From Bacillota bacterium (GTDB lineage Bacteria; Bacillota; Halanaerobiia; Halanaerobiales; Halarsenatibacteraceae), in contig JBNJDR010000003.1 in the NCBI GenBank assembly GCA_051745085.1, positions 1 through 24,000 on the forward strand: a DNA stretch of 24,000 nucleotides, in the 5' to 3' direction. Position numbers and translations under genes: made by a program. This document shows, one piece after another, positions 1-9,775 of the stretch. The notes beneath the pieces were generated by a model. That model ran no database searches, was not told the DNA's origin, and was given only the letters and a program-made list of their open reading frames with translations. How positions within the stretch are numbered: position 1 is the stretch's first letter; each line of letters begins with the position of its first letter.

Positions 1-94
1 AAAATTAGAGGCAATGCGAACGGCTAGTAAAAGACTAGCCAGACCAAAAGCCGCAGATAATCTTTACAATCTGGCTGTAGAACTTGCTAGGTAA
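1..94 (+). CDS. murG: 3' end of upstream gene, probably MurG (undecaprenyl-PP-MurNAc-pentapeptide GlcNAc transferase), partial
   Basis: Frame starting at nt 2 reads ...KLEAMRTASKRLARPKAADNLYNLAVELAR* with TAA at 92-94. The Ala/Arg-rich helical tail and the position directly upstream of murC fit MurG. Only 30 codons are visible. Confidence 0.45.
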   Translation, partial: KLEAMRTASKRLARPKAADNLYNLAVELAR

Positions 95-110
95 TTAAGG
101 GGGTGAATAG

Positions 111-1520
111 ATGGAAGGCTATTCTAATAAAAAAATTCATTTTATTGGAATTGGTGGTGTTTCAATGAGTGCAATTGCTAACCTTTTAATAGATAAAGGA
201 GCTCAAGTGAGTGGGTCTGATTTAAAAGATGGAAATTATCTTGATGATTTAAGAAACAAAGGGGCTGAAATTTCACTGGGCCATTCTGATGATAATTTTG
301 ATTCTGTAGATATGGTAGTATATTCTTCAGCAATTCCGAATCAAAATCCAGAGCTACAAAAGGCTTTAAAAAATAATATACCGATTTTACAAAGAGCAGA
401 AATGCTTGCTCAACTAACCCAGGCTTATAAGTTAATTGCTATTAGTGGAACACATGGGAAAACTACAACTACAGGGATGTTAGCTACTATATTTGTCATG
501 AATGATTATGATCCTGCTGTAATGGTTGGAGGGAACCTTGATTTACTTTCTGGGAATTATCGCTGTGGAGAAGGCGAGTTTTTTATAACTGAAGCTGATG
601 AGAGCGATGGGTCTTTGTTATTTTTTGAACCTTCAATTTCTGTTGTAACTAATATTGAAGCTGAGCACCTTGACCATTATGGTGACGAAAAAAATCTATT
701 CTCTACCATGAAAGATTTTGTTCTCAAAGATTCAGTAGAATCTTCAATAATTTGTATTGATGACTTCGGCGTTAAAGAAAAATTATTGCCTTTATTAGCA
801 AATAGTAAATATCAAAATGAGTCAAATGTTTTTATAACTTATGGTATAGAAACGGGAGATTATAAAGCCGATAAAATTAAGCAGGAGGCTTTTAAAACTA
901 CTTATAATCTGCTTTATAAGAATAATTATATTTCTGAAGTTGAGTTAAATGTTCCAGGAAAGCATAATGTTTTGAATTCACTGGCCGCAATAGCTGTAGC
1001 GAAAGCAGCCGGATTACAATGGGAGGAAATTATTACAAGTTTGAGGGGATTTAAAGGAGTAAAAAGAAGGTTCGAGTTAAAAGGTAAGGTTAAAGGAATT
1101 ACCGTAATTGATGACTATGCTCATCATCCAGCTGAAATTCAGGCTGTGCTAGAAACTGCGAATAAAGTTAAAAGTGATAGAATAATTGTTGCATTTCAGC
1201 CTCATCGCTATACCCGGACAAGAGATTTATGGACAGAGTTTAAGCAGATTATTTCGGAGGCAGATGTTTTAATTATCAGCAGCATCTATAGTGCTGGGCA
1301 GGCACCTATAGAAGGAATCAATTCTAAAAATTTAGCTGCTGAAATTTCTAAAGAAAATCCAAATAAGCAAATTGAATTCGCCGAAAATATTGATGCAACT
1401 AGCATTATGCTATTAGAGATTGCCAGATCGGGCGATCTAATTATTACAGTGGGTGCAGGAGATATATTTAAAGCTGGGGAGCAGGTTATTGAATATCTAT
1501 CAGGTGAGCAAAATGTATAA
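111..1520 (+). CDS. murC: UDP-N-acetylmuramate--L-alanine ligase
   Basis: 469 aa. N-terminal HFIGIGGVSMSAIA dinucleotide-fold motif, ISGTHGKTTTT P-loop and Mur ligase middle and C-terminal domains (DDYAHHP). GGGGG/AAGGGGG RBS 6-10 nt upstream of the ATG. Confidence 0.95.
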   Translation: MEGYSNKKIHFIGIGGVSMSAIANLLIDKGAQVSGSDLKDGNYLDDLRNKGAEISLGHSDDNFDSVDMVVYSSAIPNQNPELQKALKNNIPILQRAEMLAQLTQAYKLIAISGTHGKTTTTGMLATIFVMNDYDPAVMVGGNLDLLSGNYRCGEGEFFITEADESDGSLLFFEPSISVVTNIEAEHLDHYGDEKNLFSTMKDFVLKDSVESSIICIDDFGVKEKLLPLLANSKYQNESNVFITYGIETGDYKADKIKQEAFKTTYNLLYKNNYISEVELNVPGKHNVLNSLAAIAVAKAAGLQWEEIITSLRGFKGVKRRFELKGKVKGITVIDDYAHHPAEIQAVLETANKVKSDRIIVAFQPHRYTRTRDLWTEFKQIISEADVLIISSIYSAGQAPIEGINSKNLAAEISKENPNKQIEFAENIDATSIMLLEIARSGDLIITVGAGDIFKAGEQVIEYLSGEQNV

Positions 1521-2193
1521 AAAATTTATAGCTATTATAGTTTTGTTTTTGGGGATTGGCTTTTTGCTTAGTTCACCTCTATTTTCAATATCCGAAGTAG
1601 TGATAAAAGGTTATGATAAAGAAGATTTAGAAATAGTTAATCTCACAGGGGAGAATATCTTTTTGGTCGAAGTTGAACCTATTTTAGAGAAATTAGAAGA
1701 AGATCCTTACGTTAAGTCTATCGAAGTCAAAAAATTTTTTCCGGATAAGATATCTTTTCAGATAAGTTATAACCGTCCTGTTGCGGCTCTTATTAATAAT
1801 GAAGGTTATTTGGTTTTTAATAAATATAATGAGATTATAGCAGAAGGGTTAGATGATAATAGGTATAAAGTACCGGTTTTTTGCGATGTACCTTATCAAT
1901 TTTCAGAAGAAGAATTGACTTTATCTTCACGTTCTCAAAAAATTCTAGACAACTTAGAAATATTACCGGATTCATTAAGGGAAGAAATTAGTGGAATTTC
2001 TTTTGAATCAATTGGAGTTAACTTTGATATGAGAGGGGATTATAAGGTTAGACTAGGCAGTACTGACCAACTTGAACAAAAATTTATTATCTTAAGTTCA
2101 GCTTGGGAGGAGGGTCTATTAAATCAAAAAGAAATCGAGTATTTTGATTTAACTGCTCCTGAAAGACCGGTTATTAAAAAAAATGATAATTAA
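1513..2193 (+). CDS. ftsQ: Cell division protein FtsQ/DivIB (single TM anchor plus POTRA domain)
   Basis: The track ORF starts at 1453 inside murC. The ATG at 1513 (MYKKFIAIIVLFLGIGFLL...) is preceded by GGTGA (1503-1507) and overlaps the murC stop by 8 nt. TM helix followed by a POTRA-like segment (ISEVVIKGYDKEDLEIV...FPDKISFQISYNRPVAAL). Located between murC and ftsA. Confidence 0.85.
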   Translation: MYKKFIAIIVLFLGIGFLLSSPLFSISEVVIKGYDKEDLEIVNLTGENIFLVEVEPILEKLEEDPYVKSIEVKKFFPDKISFQISYNRPVAALINNEGYLVFNKYNEIIAEGLDDNRYKVPVFCDVPYQFSEEELTLSSRSQKILDNLEILPDSLREEISGISFESIGVNFDMRGDYKVRLGSTDQLEQKFIILSSAWEEGLLNQKEIEYFDLTAPERPVIKKNDN

Positions 2194-2196
2194 AAC

Positions 2197-2225
2197 TTCA
2201 TATAAAAAGAGGATTTAACTATAAT
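2197..2225 (+). promoter_or_regulatory. Possible internal sigma-A type promoter for ftsA-ftsZ
   Basis: TTCATA (2197-2202), 17-nt spacer, TATAAT (2220-2225), in the 70-nt ftsQ-ftsA gap. The -35 matches only 4/6 in an AT-rich background. Confidence 0.3.
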
Positions 2226-2263
2226 TATGTAGAATTGTATGAGATAGAGAGGAGGTTGAAGAT

Positions 2264-3550
2264 TTGGCAACTAATAGAGTGATAACAGGTTTAGATGTGG
2301 GAACCAAAAAAATATGCGCTTTAATCGCTGAGGTAGATGAAGAAGATAATCTTGAGATTGTCGGCCTTGGGTTGGCCCAATCTAAAGGTTTAAGAAAAGG
2401 TATAGTTGTTGATATCGATAGAGCTGCCCAATCGATTGCTAATGCTGTGAAAAAAGCTGAAAGAATGGCAGGAATTGAAGTAGGTTCAGCTTTTGTTGGA
2501 ATTGCTGGTTCTCATATAAGTTCAGAGAATAGTCATGGGGTTGTAGCTGTAACTGGAAGCGATAAAGAAGTTAAAAATTCTGATATTGAAAGGGTTATGG
2601 AAGCAGCTAGAGTGATACCTTTATCTCAGGAAGAAAGAATTATTCATGTAATACCTAGAGAATTTATAATAGATGGGACTAGAGGAATTAAACATCCTCA
2701 AGGGATGTCAGGGGTGAGACTCGAAGTGGAAACCCATATCGTGAAAGGTTCTACTACCTCAATAAGTAATTTAGTTAAAAGTGTTGAGAAAGCTGGCTTA
2801 GAAGTTAATGAGCTTGTATTAGATCAGCTTGCTTCCAGTTATTCAGTATTATCTCCAGATGAAAAGGAATTAGGGGTATCTTTAGTAGATATTGGTGGAG
2901 GGACCACTGATTTTATAGTTTTTCATGAAGGGAATATATGCTATACATCGGTTCTTCCTGTGGGGGGAAATCATGTTAGCAATGATATTGCAGTTGGTTT
3001 GCGCACGCCGGTATCAGAAGCAGAAAATCTTAAGATACTAAAGGGTGCAGCCAGTTGTAAAAAAATTAATAAGGAAGAAAAAATTGAGGTATTAAAAGCA
3101 AGTGGGGATGGCAAAAAAACAATTCCTCGCCAATATTTATGCGAGGTTATCGAGCCAAGAATGGAGGAAGTTTTTGGTCTGATAAGGAAAGAAATTAATA
3201 AGACTGGCAGTCGTGATTTAACACCTGCGGGTTTAGTTATAACCGGGGGTGCTTCCATGTTAGAGGGCACGTGTGAACTAGCTTCTAGCATAACAGGTTT
3301 ACCAGTCAGATTGGGCAAGCCGGACTATATTAGTGGTTTTTCTGATATTGTAGATAATCCAGTTTACATAAACAAGGATGGGAAAATACCTGCACCGATA
3401 TTTGCAACTGGAGTCGGTCTTATCCTTTATGCGCTGGATGTTGGAGCCATAGAGCCTAATTCAGGAGCCAGAAGAACTAAAAGGAAAAACAAAGAGATTG
3501 TAAATTCATTTTTTAGTAAGTTAAAAAGTTTTTTTGATGACTTTTTTTAA
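2264..3550 (+). CDS. ftsA: Cell division protein FtsA (actin-like ATPase)
   Basis: TTG start 8 nt after GAGAGGAGG. N-terminal GLDVGTKKICALIAE, DIGGGTTD phosphate-2 motif and a C-terminal amphipathic membrane-targeting helix (VNSFFSKLKSFFDDFF). Confidence 0.97.
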   Translation: MATNRVITGLDVGTKKICALIAEVDEEDNLEIVGLGLAQSKGLRKGIVVDIDRAAQSIANAVKKAERMAGIEVGSAFVGIAGSHISSENSHGVVAVTGSDKEVKNSDIERVMEAARVIPLSQEERIIHVIPREFIIDGTRGIKHPQGMSGVRLEVETHIVKGSTTSISNLVKSVEKAGLEVNELVLDQLASSYSVLSPDEKELGVSLVDIGGGTTDFIVFHEGNICYTSVLPVGGNHVSNDIAVGLRTPVSEAENLKILKGAASCKKINKEEKIEVLKASGDGKKTIPRQYLCEVIEPRMEEVFGLIRKEINKTGSRDLTPAGLVITGGASMLEGTCELASSITGLPVRLGKPDYISGFSDIVDNPVYINKDGKIPAPIFATGVGLILYALDVGAIEPNSGARRTKRKNKEIVNSFFSKLKSFFDDFF

Positions 3551-3583
3551 AAGTATTTTTATAATTGAGAGGAGGTATATTTA

Positions 3584-4657
3584 GTGTTTGATATAGGAAC
3601 TGAAATGGAAAAGTTTGCAAATATAAAAGTTGTAGGTGTTGGCGGGGGCGGAAATAATGCTGTAAATCGGATGATTGATGAAGGATTAGAGGGTGTTGAA
3701 TTTATTGCTATTAACACTGATGCTCAAGTTTTAATGTCTTCCAATGCCGGGGTTACCATTAGAATTGGTGAAAAATTAACTCGAGGTCTTGGAGCTGGAG
3801 CGGATCCTCAGGTCGGTAAAGAGGCAGCTGAAGAGAGCAAAGATGAAATAGCTGATGCTGTTTCAGGTGCAGATATGGTATTTATCACAGCTGGTATGGG
3901 TGGCGGCACCGGGACTGGTGCAGCCCCTGTAGTTGCTCAAGCAGCTAAAGACCAGGGCGCACTTACTGTAGGTGTAGTAACCAAGCCATTTACCGTGGAA
4001 GGCACAAAGAGAATGAGTAATGCTCAAGATGGCATCAAAGATTTGCAGGATAATGTAGATACGTTAATTATAATTCCAAATGATCGTCTTTTAGAAGTTG
4101 CAGAAAAGAAAACAAGCTTAATTGACGCCTTTAAAATAGCCGACGATGTTCTTCGCCAGGGTGTTCAGGGAATATCTGATTTAATCACTATTACTGGTAT
4201 TATCAATCTTGATTTTGGTGATGTTAAGACTATAATGACCGATGCTGGTTCCGCTTTAATGGGTATAGGCACAGCTAGAGGCGAGAATAGGGCAGAAGAA
4301 GCGGCTCGTCAAGCTATAGATTCACCTCTTTTAGAAGCTTCGGTTAATGGCGCTAAAGGTGTATTGATTAATATAACCGGAGGCAATAATTTAGGGATTC
4401 ATGAGGCTTATGAGGCGGCTAAGATAGTTAAAGAGGTTTCTGATCCTGATGCTAATATAATTTTAGGAGCAGTAATTGATCAAGATTTAGATGAAGATGT
4501 TATGGTTACTGTTATTGCAACGGGATTTGCTCAAGAAACTGAAACAAAAGAAATTTCGGATCAATCTGCTGATGAATTTAGTAAAGAAATTGATCTAGAA
4601 ACAGTTGGTGGCGATGATGAATTGGATATACCGGCTTTCTTAAGAAAGAAAAATTAA
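3584..4657 (+). CDS. ftsZ: Cell division GTPase FtsZ
   Basis: GTG start after GAGAGGAGG. Tubulin signature [18 protein letters not shown] and a conserved C-terminal peptide DIPAFLRKK. Confidence 0.99.
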   Translation: MFDIGTEMEKFANIKVVGVGGGGNNAVNRMIDEGLEGVEFIAINTDAQVLMSSNAGVTIRIGEKLTRGLGAGADPQVGKEAAEESKDEIADAVSGADMVFITAGMGGGTGTGAAPVVAQAAKDQGALTVGVVTKPFTVEGTKRMSNAQDGIKDLQDNVDTLIIIPNDRLLEVAEKKTSLIDAFKIADDVLRQGVQGISDLITITGIINLDFGDVKTIMTDAGSALMGIGTARGENRAEEAARQAIDSPLLEASVNGAKGVLINITGGNNLGIHEAYEAAKIVKEVSDPDANIILGAVIDQDLDEDVMVTVIATGFAQETETKEISDQSADEFSKEIDLETVGGDDELDIPAFLRKKN

Positions 4658-4690
4658 TTTGGCGATATCAGATTTGGTTGAGGTGATTAG

Positions 4691-5146
4691 ATGAAATGCC
4701 CATTCTGTTCGAATTCAGATAGCAGAGTGATTGATTCAAGAACAACTGAAAATAATACAACGATTCGACGAAGAAGAGAATGTCTGAAATGCGGAAAACG
4801 TTTTACCACTTACGAACGATATGAAGAATTACCATTAATGGTAAGAAAAAAAGATGGAACCAGGGAACTTTTCGCTGCAGATAAAATTTTATCTGGATTG
4901 TATAAGGCTTGTGAGAAAAGGCCTGTTTCTGCAGAACAATTGAATTTACTGGTACAAGAAGTAAAAAATGATCTGCAAAATAGGATGGACGAAGAGATAA
5001 CCAGTGAAGATATTGGTAAATTAGTTATGAAAAAACTAAAAGATTTAGATCAGGTAGCGTATGTAAGATTTGCTTCAGTATATAGACAGTTTAAAGATGT
5101 TGAAACATTTAAAAATGAGTTAGATAAATTATTAAAAGAAGATTAG
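4691..5146 (+). CDS. nrdR: Transcriptional repressor NrdR (zinc ribbon plus ATP-cone)
   Basis: [17 protein letters not shown]...[12 protein letters not shown] four-Cys zinc ribbon followed by an ATP-cone. 151 aa is the typical length. Confidence 0.95.
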   Translation: MKCPFCSNSDSRVIDSRTTENNTTIRRRRECLKCGKRFTTYERYEELPLMVRKKDGTRELFAADKILSGLYKACEKRPVSAEQLNLLVQEVKNDLQNRMDEEITSEDIGKLVMKKLKDLDQVAYVRFASVYRQFKDVETFKNELDKLLKED

Positions 5147-5159
5147 GAGGAGATGTCAT

Positions 5160-5912
5160 TTGTTTGTAGTTAAATCCATAAAAAACATTCGATATCTCCA
5201 GTTTTCAAAATTTCCTATAAATTTATTATTTACCTTAAAAGATGAAACAAAGAATATGCCTTCTCAAACCAGTAAGAAAGAATTGTATCAATATTATAAC
5301 ATTGATGAAAAGAATATTGTTCAATTACATCAAGTCCATAGTAATAGAGTATTTCATTTAGGTAATGTCAAAAAGTATCAAGAGATTGAACCATTAAAAG
5401 CTGATGCGATTATTTCTATAAACAGTAAAGTGATCTTAAAAACTATTCATGCAGATTGCTTACCAATCTATTTTTACAATCCTAAAAAAAGTATTCTGGG
5501 CTTAGCTCATGCAGGCTGGCAGGGTACTTTAAATAAAATCGTTGCCAAAGTAATTCATGAGATGGAGTTTTATTATGAAGCTAAGGCAGAGACCACTTAT
5601 GTAGTAATTGGCCCTGGCATTGATGGTAATAATTATCAAGTAAGCAAAGATTTATATTCTAGCTTTAATTATTCCTGGTCAGGAGAACTCGATTTTTTCA
5701 AGAAAGATACCACTAGCAAAGATAAGTATTTTCTGGATTTAAAACAAGCTAATAAACAATTACTCCTGGCAAATGATATAAAAGCTGAAAACATTTTCAT
5801 TAGTGATTATTCTACCTATTTAGATGATGATTTATTTCATTCTTATCGACGAGAAGGCGATAAAGCTGGTAGGATGACAGCTCTTCTCTTTTGGCCTCGG
5901 AGGGAAATGTGA
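5160..5912 (+). CDS. pgeF: PgeF/YfiH/YlmD family (DUF152, laccase-domain / purine nucleoside phosphorylase-like) protein
   Basis: TTG start after AGGAGGAG. Family motifs HQVHSNRV, HADCLPIYF and AHAGWQGT. Same position as B. subtilis ylmD. Confidence 0.88.
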   Translation: MFVVKSIKNIRYLQFSKFPINLLFTLKDETKNMPSQTSKKELYQYYNIDEKNIVQLHQVHSNRVFHLGNVKKYQEIEPLKADAIISINSKVILKTIHADCLPIYFYNPKKSILGLAHAGWQGTLNKIVAKVIHEMEFYYEAKAETTYVVIGPGIDGNNYQVSKDLYSSFNYSWSGELDFFKKDTTSKDKYFLDLKQANKQLLLANDIKAENIFISDYSTYLDDDLFHSYRREGDKAGRMTALLFWPRREM

Positions 5913-6805
5913 TGGGTAAGAGAAGGAAATTTATTATATTCATCATTTTTCTCTTTGTTTTGGCATTCAGCATTGGTTACTGGAATAGTCATCAACCTAA
6001 TTTGGAAACAGCACTTTATGGAGAGGTAATTGATAGCTTTAACTCTGAAGCTGTAATTATTAGGGAAGAGAGGATTTATTCCAGTTCTTATTCTGGTGTG
6101 GTGCAGCTTGAAGTTCCAGAAGGAGAAAAGGTGAGTTATGGCCAAAAAGTGATAACTGTGACTAACGAGGAAGAAGATTTTGCTGTTTATACCAATGCAA
6201 CCGGAGTTATAAGTTATGGCTATGACGGGTTAGAGTCAGATTTGGACCCTACAAATCTTTCAAATATTCAAAGTGATATGCTTTCTGAGATTAAGTCGGA
6301 TTATAATTTTTTAGTTAAAGGCAAACAAGTGGGGGAAAAAGATCCTTTGTTTAGATTGGTAAAGAACCAAAAAGTTTATTTTGCCTTTGTTGTTAAATCG
6401 GAAGAACTAACTAGATATCAAATTGGTGAACATGTTTTTATTGAAGAACCCAATAGAGAAAGTGAAATTGTTCAAGGACAGATAACTGGTCTTAATAAAA
6501 GTGTTGATGAGCAAGGTATAATCATAGTAAAAATAAATGCTTTTAAAAATGAATGGTTAAATAGACGAAAAGTAAAAGCAAGTTTAATCAAAAATATCTT
6601 TAGAGGGATCATAATTTCTCGAGAAGCTGTTTTTAATAGTGCTCAAGGGAGAGGAATTTTGATTCAAAATCAAAGTGGTAATTATATTTTTCATCCTATA
6701 ATTATAGAGGGTGGGAACGAAGAAAAAGTTGTTGTGACCGGGTTGAACTTAGGGGATAGAATTGTAAAAAATCCTGAAGTACTCAATTATGGCAGAGGTG
6801 GTTGA
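5912..6805 (+). CDS. Membrane-anchored protein with HlyD-like/biotinyl-lipoyl-like barrel features; function unknown
   Basis: The ATG at 5912 overlaps the pgeF TGA by 1 nt (ATGTGATG) and follows GGAGGG (5899-5904). The track start at 5891 lies inside pgeF. N-terminal KRRK plus a hydrophobic helix (FIIFIIFLFVLAFSIGYW). Hairpin-barrel-like GVVQLEVPEGEKVSYGQKVITV and a C-terminal beta-rich segment. The family call comes from pattern recognition only. Confidence 0.72.
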   Translation: MGKRRKFIIFIIFLFVLAFSIGYWNSHQPNLETALYGEVIDSFNSEAVIIREERIYSSSYSGVVQLEVPEGEKVSYGQKVITVTNEEEDFAVYTNATGVISYGYDGLESDLDPTNLSNIQSDMLSEIKSDYNFLVKGKQVGEKDPLFRLVKNQKVYFAFVVKSEELTRYQIGEHVFIEEPNRESEIVQGQITGLNKSVDEQGIIIVKINAFKNEWLNRRKVKASLIKNIFRGIIISREAVFNSAQGRGILIQNQSGNYIFHPIIIEGGNEEKVVVTGLNLGDRIVKNPEVLNYGRGG

Positions 6806-7526
6806 ATTGGCTGAAAATAGCAAGCAGATCAATAAAGAACAACTAATAAAACGATACCAGGAGGTAAAAAATAAAATAATAGAATCTGCTCAAAAAAGCG
6901 GAAGAAGTTTAGAAAATATTAAGTTGATTGGAGTCGGGAAAAACCATTCTATTGAAAAAATTAATTTTGTTAGAAAGCTTGGTTTAGAAGGTTGTGGTGA
7001 AAGCAGGGTTCAAGAATTGCTGGATAAAGAAGAACAACAACCGAGAGAAATTGATTGGCATTTTATTGGCCATCTTCAAAGGAATAAAGTTAAATATTTA
7101 GCCAGATTGAATAATTGTAAGATGATCCATTCTCTCGATAGTTTAAGATTAGCAAAAGAAATTAATAAAAGAGCTAGAAAAAATCAGAGGAATATGTCGG
7201 TTTTAGTACAAATCAATATAGCAGAAGATAAAAGCAAGTATGGTTTTAAAACTAAAGAGATTCATGAATTAATGCCTAAATTAGATAAACTAAACCGTTT
7301 AAATATCAAAGGTCTTATGACTATATTACCATACTTTGATGATCCAGAAAAAGCTCGACCATATTTTAAAGAGTTAAGACAGATAAAGGATAATCTGAAT
7401 AAAGCCGGTTATGACAAACTGACTGAATTATCTATGGGGATGACTGCTGATTATGAAGTTGCTGTAGAAGAAGGAGCTACTTACTTGAGAATCGGAAGAG
7501 GGTTATTTGGAGAACGATATTCATAA
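6789..7526 (+). CDS. yggS: YggS/YlmE family pyridoxal-phosphate homeostasis protein
   Basis: Alanine-racemase-N fold motifs (LIGVGKNH with the PLP lysine, HFIGHLQRNK, SMGMTADYEVAVEEGATYLRIGRGLFG). The start is uncertain. The ATG at 6789 overlaps the upstream gene by 17 nt and lacks a clear RBS. The TTG at 6807 sits 5 nt after GAGGTGG and 2 nt after the upstream stop. Confidence 0.88.
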   Translation: MAEVVELAENSKQINKEQLIKRYQEVKNKIIESAQKSGRSLENIKLIGVGKNHSIEKINFVRKLGLEGCGESRVQELLDKEEQQPREIDWHFIGHLQRNKVKYLARLNNCKMIHSLDSLRLAKEINKRARKNQRNMSVLVQINIAEDKSKYGFKTKEIHELMPKLDKLNRLNIKGLMTILPYFDDPEKARPYFKELRQIKDNLNKAGYDKLTELSMGMTADYEVAVEEGATYLRIGRGLFGERYS

Positions 7527-7550
7527 TAATTAAAAGTAGGTGAGATAAAA

Positions 7551-8003
7551 ATGAGTGAACAAAGTGTCTGGAAACAAATAATAGGATTCTTTGGCTTTAC
7601 TGACGATGAACAGTTGGATGATTATGATGAATATACCGAAGAAGCAATAGCTGAAAACCCAGATAAAATCAACTCTGCTAATGGAAAAAAAGAAGATAAA
7701 CGTGTGATAAAGCTAAGCAGAACTAGAGATGTTAAAATGGTAGTTCACAGTCCAGAATCTTTCGATGATGTAAGAGAAATTGTAGATGATTTAAAAAATT
7801 CTCGGGCAGTAATTTTAAATTTAGAAGAAAGAGATAGAGTTTTGGCAAGAAGATTCATTGATTTTTTAAGCGGCTCTGTATATGCTTTAAATGGAAGTAC
7901 TCAAAAAATAGGTACAGGGGTATTTATATTTACTCCTCCTGGTATTGATGTAGATGCTAGAGCGATAGAGAATGCTATCAAAAATGAATTTGCAACTGAA
8001 TAA
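7551..8003 (+). CDS. sepF: Cell division protein SepF
   Basis: N-terminal amphipathic helix (WKQIIGFFGF) and a C-terminal SepF core (VVHSPESFDDVREIVDDLKNSRAVILNLE...VFIFTPPG). Confidence 0.93.
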   Translation: MSEQSVWKQIIGFFGFTDDEQLDDYDEYTEEAIAENPDKINSANGKKEDKRVIKLSRTRDVKMVVHSPESFDDVREIVDDLKNSRAVILNLEERDRVLARRFIDFLSGSVYALNGSTQKIGTGVFIFTPPGIDVDARAIENAIKNEFATE

Positions 8004-8024
8004 AAGAACGGAGGTAGAGTTATT

Positions 8025-8306
8025 TTGTTGATTTTGAGGGCTATTGACACATTTTTTAATATATTATACATGTTAATATTAGTAAGAGTATTATTATCCT
8101 GGTTTGGTCAGGGTATTCAATATAATTCAAGTTTTAGAGGAGCAATTAATTTTGTTTATGGGGTTACTGAACCGATTTTAAAACCTATTAGAGAGCTTTT
8201 GCCTACATCAGGAATGGGGATTGATTTTTCTCCCATTGTAGCATTCTTTTTATTGAGAATTGCTAGAAGTATTTTAATGAGTTTGTTTTCTACGATGATA
8301 TTTTAG
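8025..8306 (+). CDS. yggT: YggT/YlmG family small membrane protein
   Basis: TTG start 9 nt after GGAGGT. 93 aa with two hydrophobic segments and the YggT motif (PILKPIRELLPTSGMGIDFSPIVAFFLL). Confidence 0.85.
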   Translation: MLILRAIDTFFNILYMLILVRVLLSWFGQGIQYNSSFRGAINFVYGVTEPILKPIRELLPTSGMGIDFSPIVAFFLLRIARSILMSLFSTMIF

Positions 8307-8324
8307 GCGAGGAGCAAAATATAT

Positions 8325-9113
8325 ATGAAACAAAATAAAGAAATCTTATCCTTTATTAATGACCAGGAGGATATAGACTTAGGTCAGAGAATACTAGACA
8401 TAGCTGAAAGAGTGAAAATGCGCAAGCAGTTAGAAGCAACAGAATTTTTAAATCCCCATCAACTTAATTTGGCTAAAGATATATTAAACCAATTAGCTGA
8501 GATTAATTTTAAAGCTGATGGAGGATATAAAAATGCAGAGCGAAAACGGATAGCAATTTTTCCTGATTATCTTTTTCCTGATCATCAAGATGTTCCACTG
8601 ACTTTTTATAAAGTTCTTGGCAACTTTAATTATATTAATATTTCTCACAGTGATTTTCTTGGTGCAATTATGGGGTTAGGGATAAAACGAGGTATGTTAG
8701 GAGATATAATCCTCATCGAGGATTATGCTCAAATAATCGTAGCTCCTGAAATTAAAAAAGAAATTGAGTTGAACTTAACATCTGTAAGTGAAGTTCCTGT
8801 CGAAGTTGAAGAAATAGATACTTCTGATATCAAAGTTAGACCTGAAAATAAGAAAGAAATATTAGCTACCGTGGCTTCATTAAGATTAGATGCTGTATTA
8901 AGTGCTGGATTTGGTGAGTCTCGTAGTAAAAGTAACAGGGCTATAACTAGTGGTAAAGTTAAATTAAACTGGAAAAAAGAAGAAAATCCGGCAGCTGAAG
9001 TTGAGATTGGCGACATTATTTCTTTGCAAGGAAGAGGGCGACTTTTTGTTGCTGAAGATAGAGGCAGATCAAATAGAGATAGAATCAAATTGAAGTTAGA
9101 ACGAATAACTTAG
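8325..9113 (+). CDS. ylmH: YlmH family RNA-binding protein (S4 domain)
   Basis: 262 aa with a C-terminal S4-like segment (LRLDAVLSAGFGESRSKSNRAITSGKVKLNWK). Conserved position between yggT and divIVA. Confidence 0.85.
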   Translation: MKQNKEILSFINDQEDIDLGQRILDIAERVKMRKQLEATEFLNPHQLNLAKDILNQLAEINFKADGGYKNAERKRIAIFPDYLFPDHQDVPLTFYKVLGNFNYINISHSDFLGAIMGLGIKRGMLGDIILIEDYAQIIVAPEIKKEIELNLTSVSEVPVEVEEIDTSDIKVRPENKKEILATVASLRLDAVLSAGFGESRSKSNRAITSGKVKLNWKKEENPAAEVEIGDIISLQGRGRLFVAEDRGRSNRDRIKLKLERIT

Positions 9114-9130
9114 TGGGGGGCTGGAAAAGC

Positions 9131-9769
9131 ATGAAATTTTCACCGCTAGATATATATAACAAAGAATTTAAAAAATCTGCATTTGGTTATAACTCTGGAG
9201 AAGTTGATGAATTTTTAGATGAAGTTGGGCTTGCTTATGAAAGACTGTTAAAAGATTATAGCTCTTTAGAAGATGAAAAAGAACGCCTAGAAGAAAAACT
9301 AGAAAATTATCGAGAAATACAGGAAAAATTAGAAGATACTTTAGATAGTGTCCAAAATACAGTTAGAGAGCAAACCAATCAAGCAAAAAAAGAAGCAGAT
9401 AATATAATTAATAAGGCTGAATTAGAAGCAGAAAAAATAAAACAAAGAGCTAGAAATGAAATTCAAAATGAAAGACATCGCTTAGAAAATTTAAAAGAGC
9501 AGAAAGAGCTATTTAGAATTAGGTTTAAATCATTATTAGAAAATTATCTTCAGCTTATAGATAACGATTCAACTAATAAAATAGGTTTATCAAGAGAAGA
9601 ACTTCATGATTTAATCGAAGACGATAATGATAATAAGCTAAAAGATCAGATTAATGAAGATAAAATTGAAAATGTCGAATCAGAGCAAACTGAGACCACT
9701 TCTCAGATGGATTTTGAGGAAAAACCAGCTAGAAATATTGATTTGGATGATACGAGAGTTAATGAGTAA
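9131..9769 (+). CDS. divIVA: Septum-site determining / polar scaffold protein DivIVA
   Basis: The canonical N-terminus MKFSPLDIYNKEFKKSAFGYNSGEVDEFLDEV begins at the ATG at 9131. The track GTG at 9113 overlaps the ylmH stop. Long coiled coil and an acidic C-terminal tail. Confidence 0.93.
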   Translation: MKFSPLDIYNKEFKKSAFGYNSGEVDEFLDEVGLAYERLLKDYSSLEDEKERLEEKLENYREIQEKLEDTLDSVQNTVREQTNQAKKEADNIINKAELEAEKIKQRARNEIQNERHRLENLKEQKELFRIRFKSLLENYLQLIDNDSTNKIGLSREELHDLIEDDNDNKLKDQINEDKIENVESEQTETTSQMDFEEKPARNIDLDDTRVNE

Positions 9770-9775
9770 GTAATT

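Noticed and set aside
1453-1512. N-terminal extensions of track ORFs: ftsQ from 1453, HlyD-like from 5891, divIVA from 9113, lipoprotein from 10710, amidase from 19229, small protein from 20577 and GNAT from 21987.
   Set aside because: In each case a downstream start codon has a correctly spaced GGAGG-type RBS and gives the canonical family N-terminus. The longer form overlaps the preceding gene or lies upstream of the predicted transcription start.
2971-3318. 115-aa minus-strand ORF antisense to ftsA. Similar cases are 5843-6145(-), 8729-9088(-), 10291-10629(-), 10416-10598(+), 10638-10820(-), 11314-11496(-), 11792-11980(-), 14011-14208(-), 14662-14844(-) and 16312-16518(-).
   Set aside because: All lie within or antisense to well-supported conserved genes. 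They lack Shine-Dalgarno sites and have low-complexity, Ser/Pro/Ile-rich translations typical of shadow frames in AT-rich DNA.
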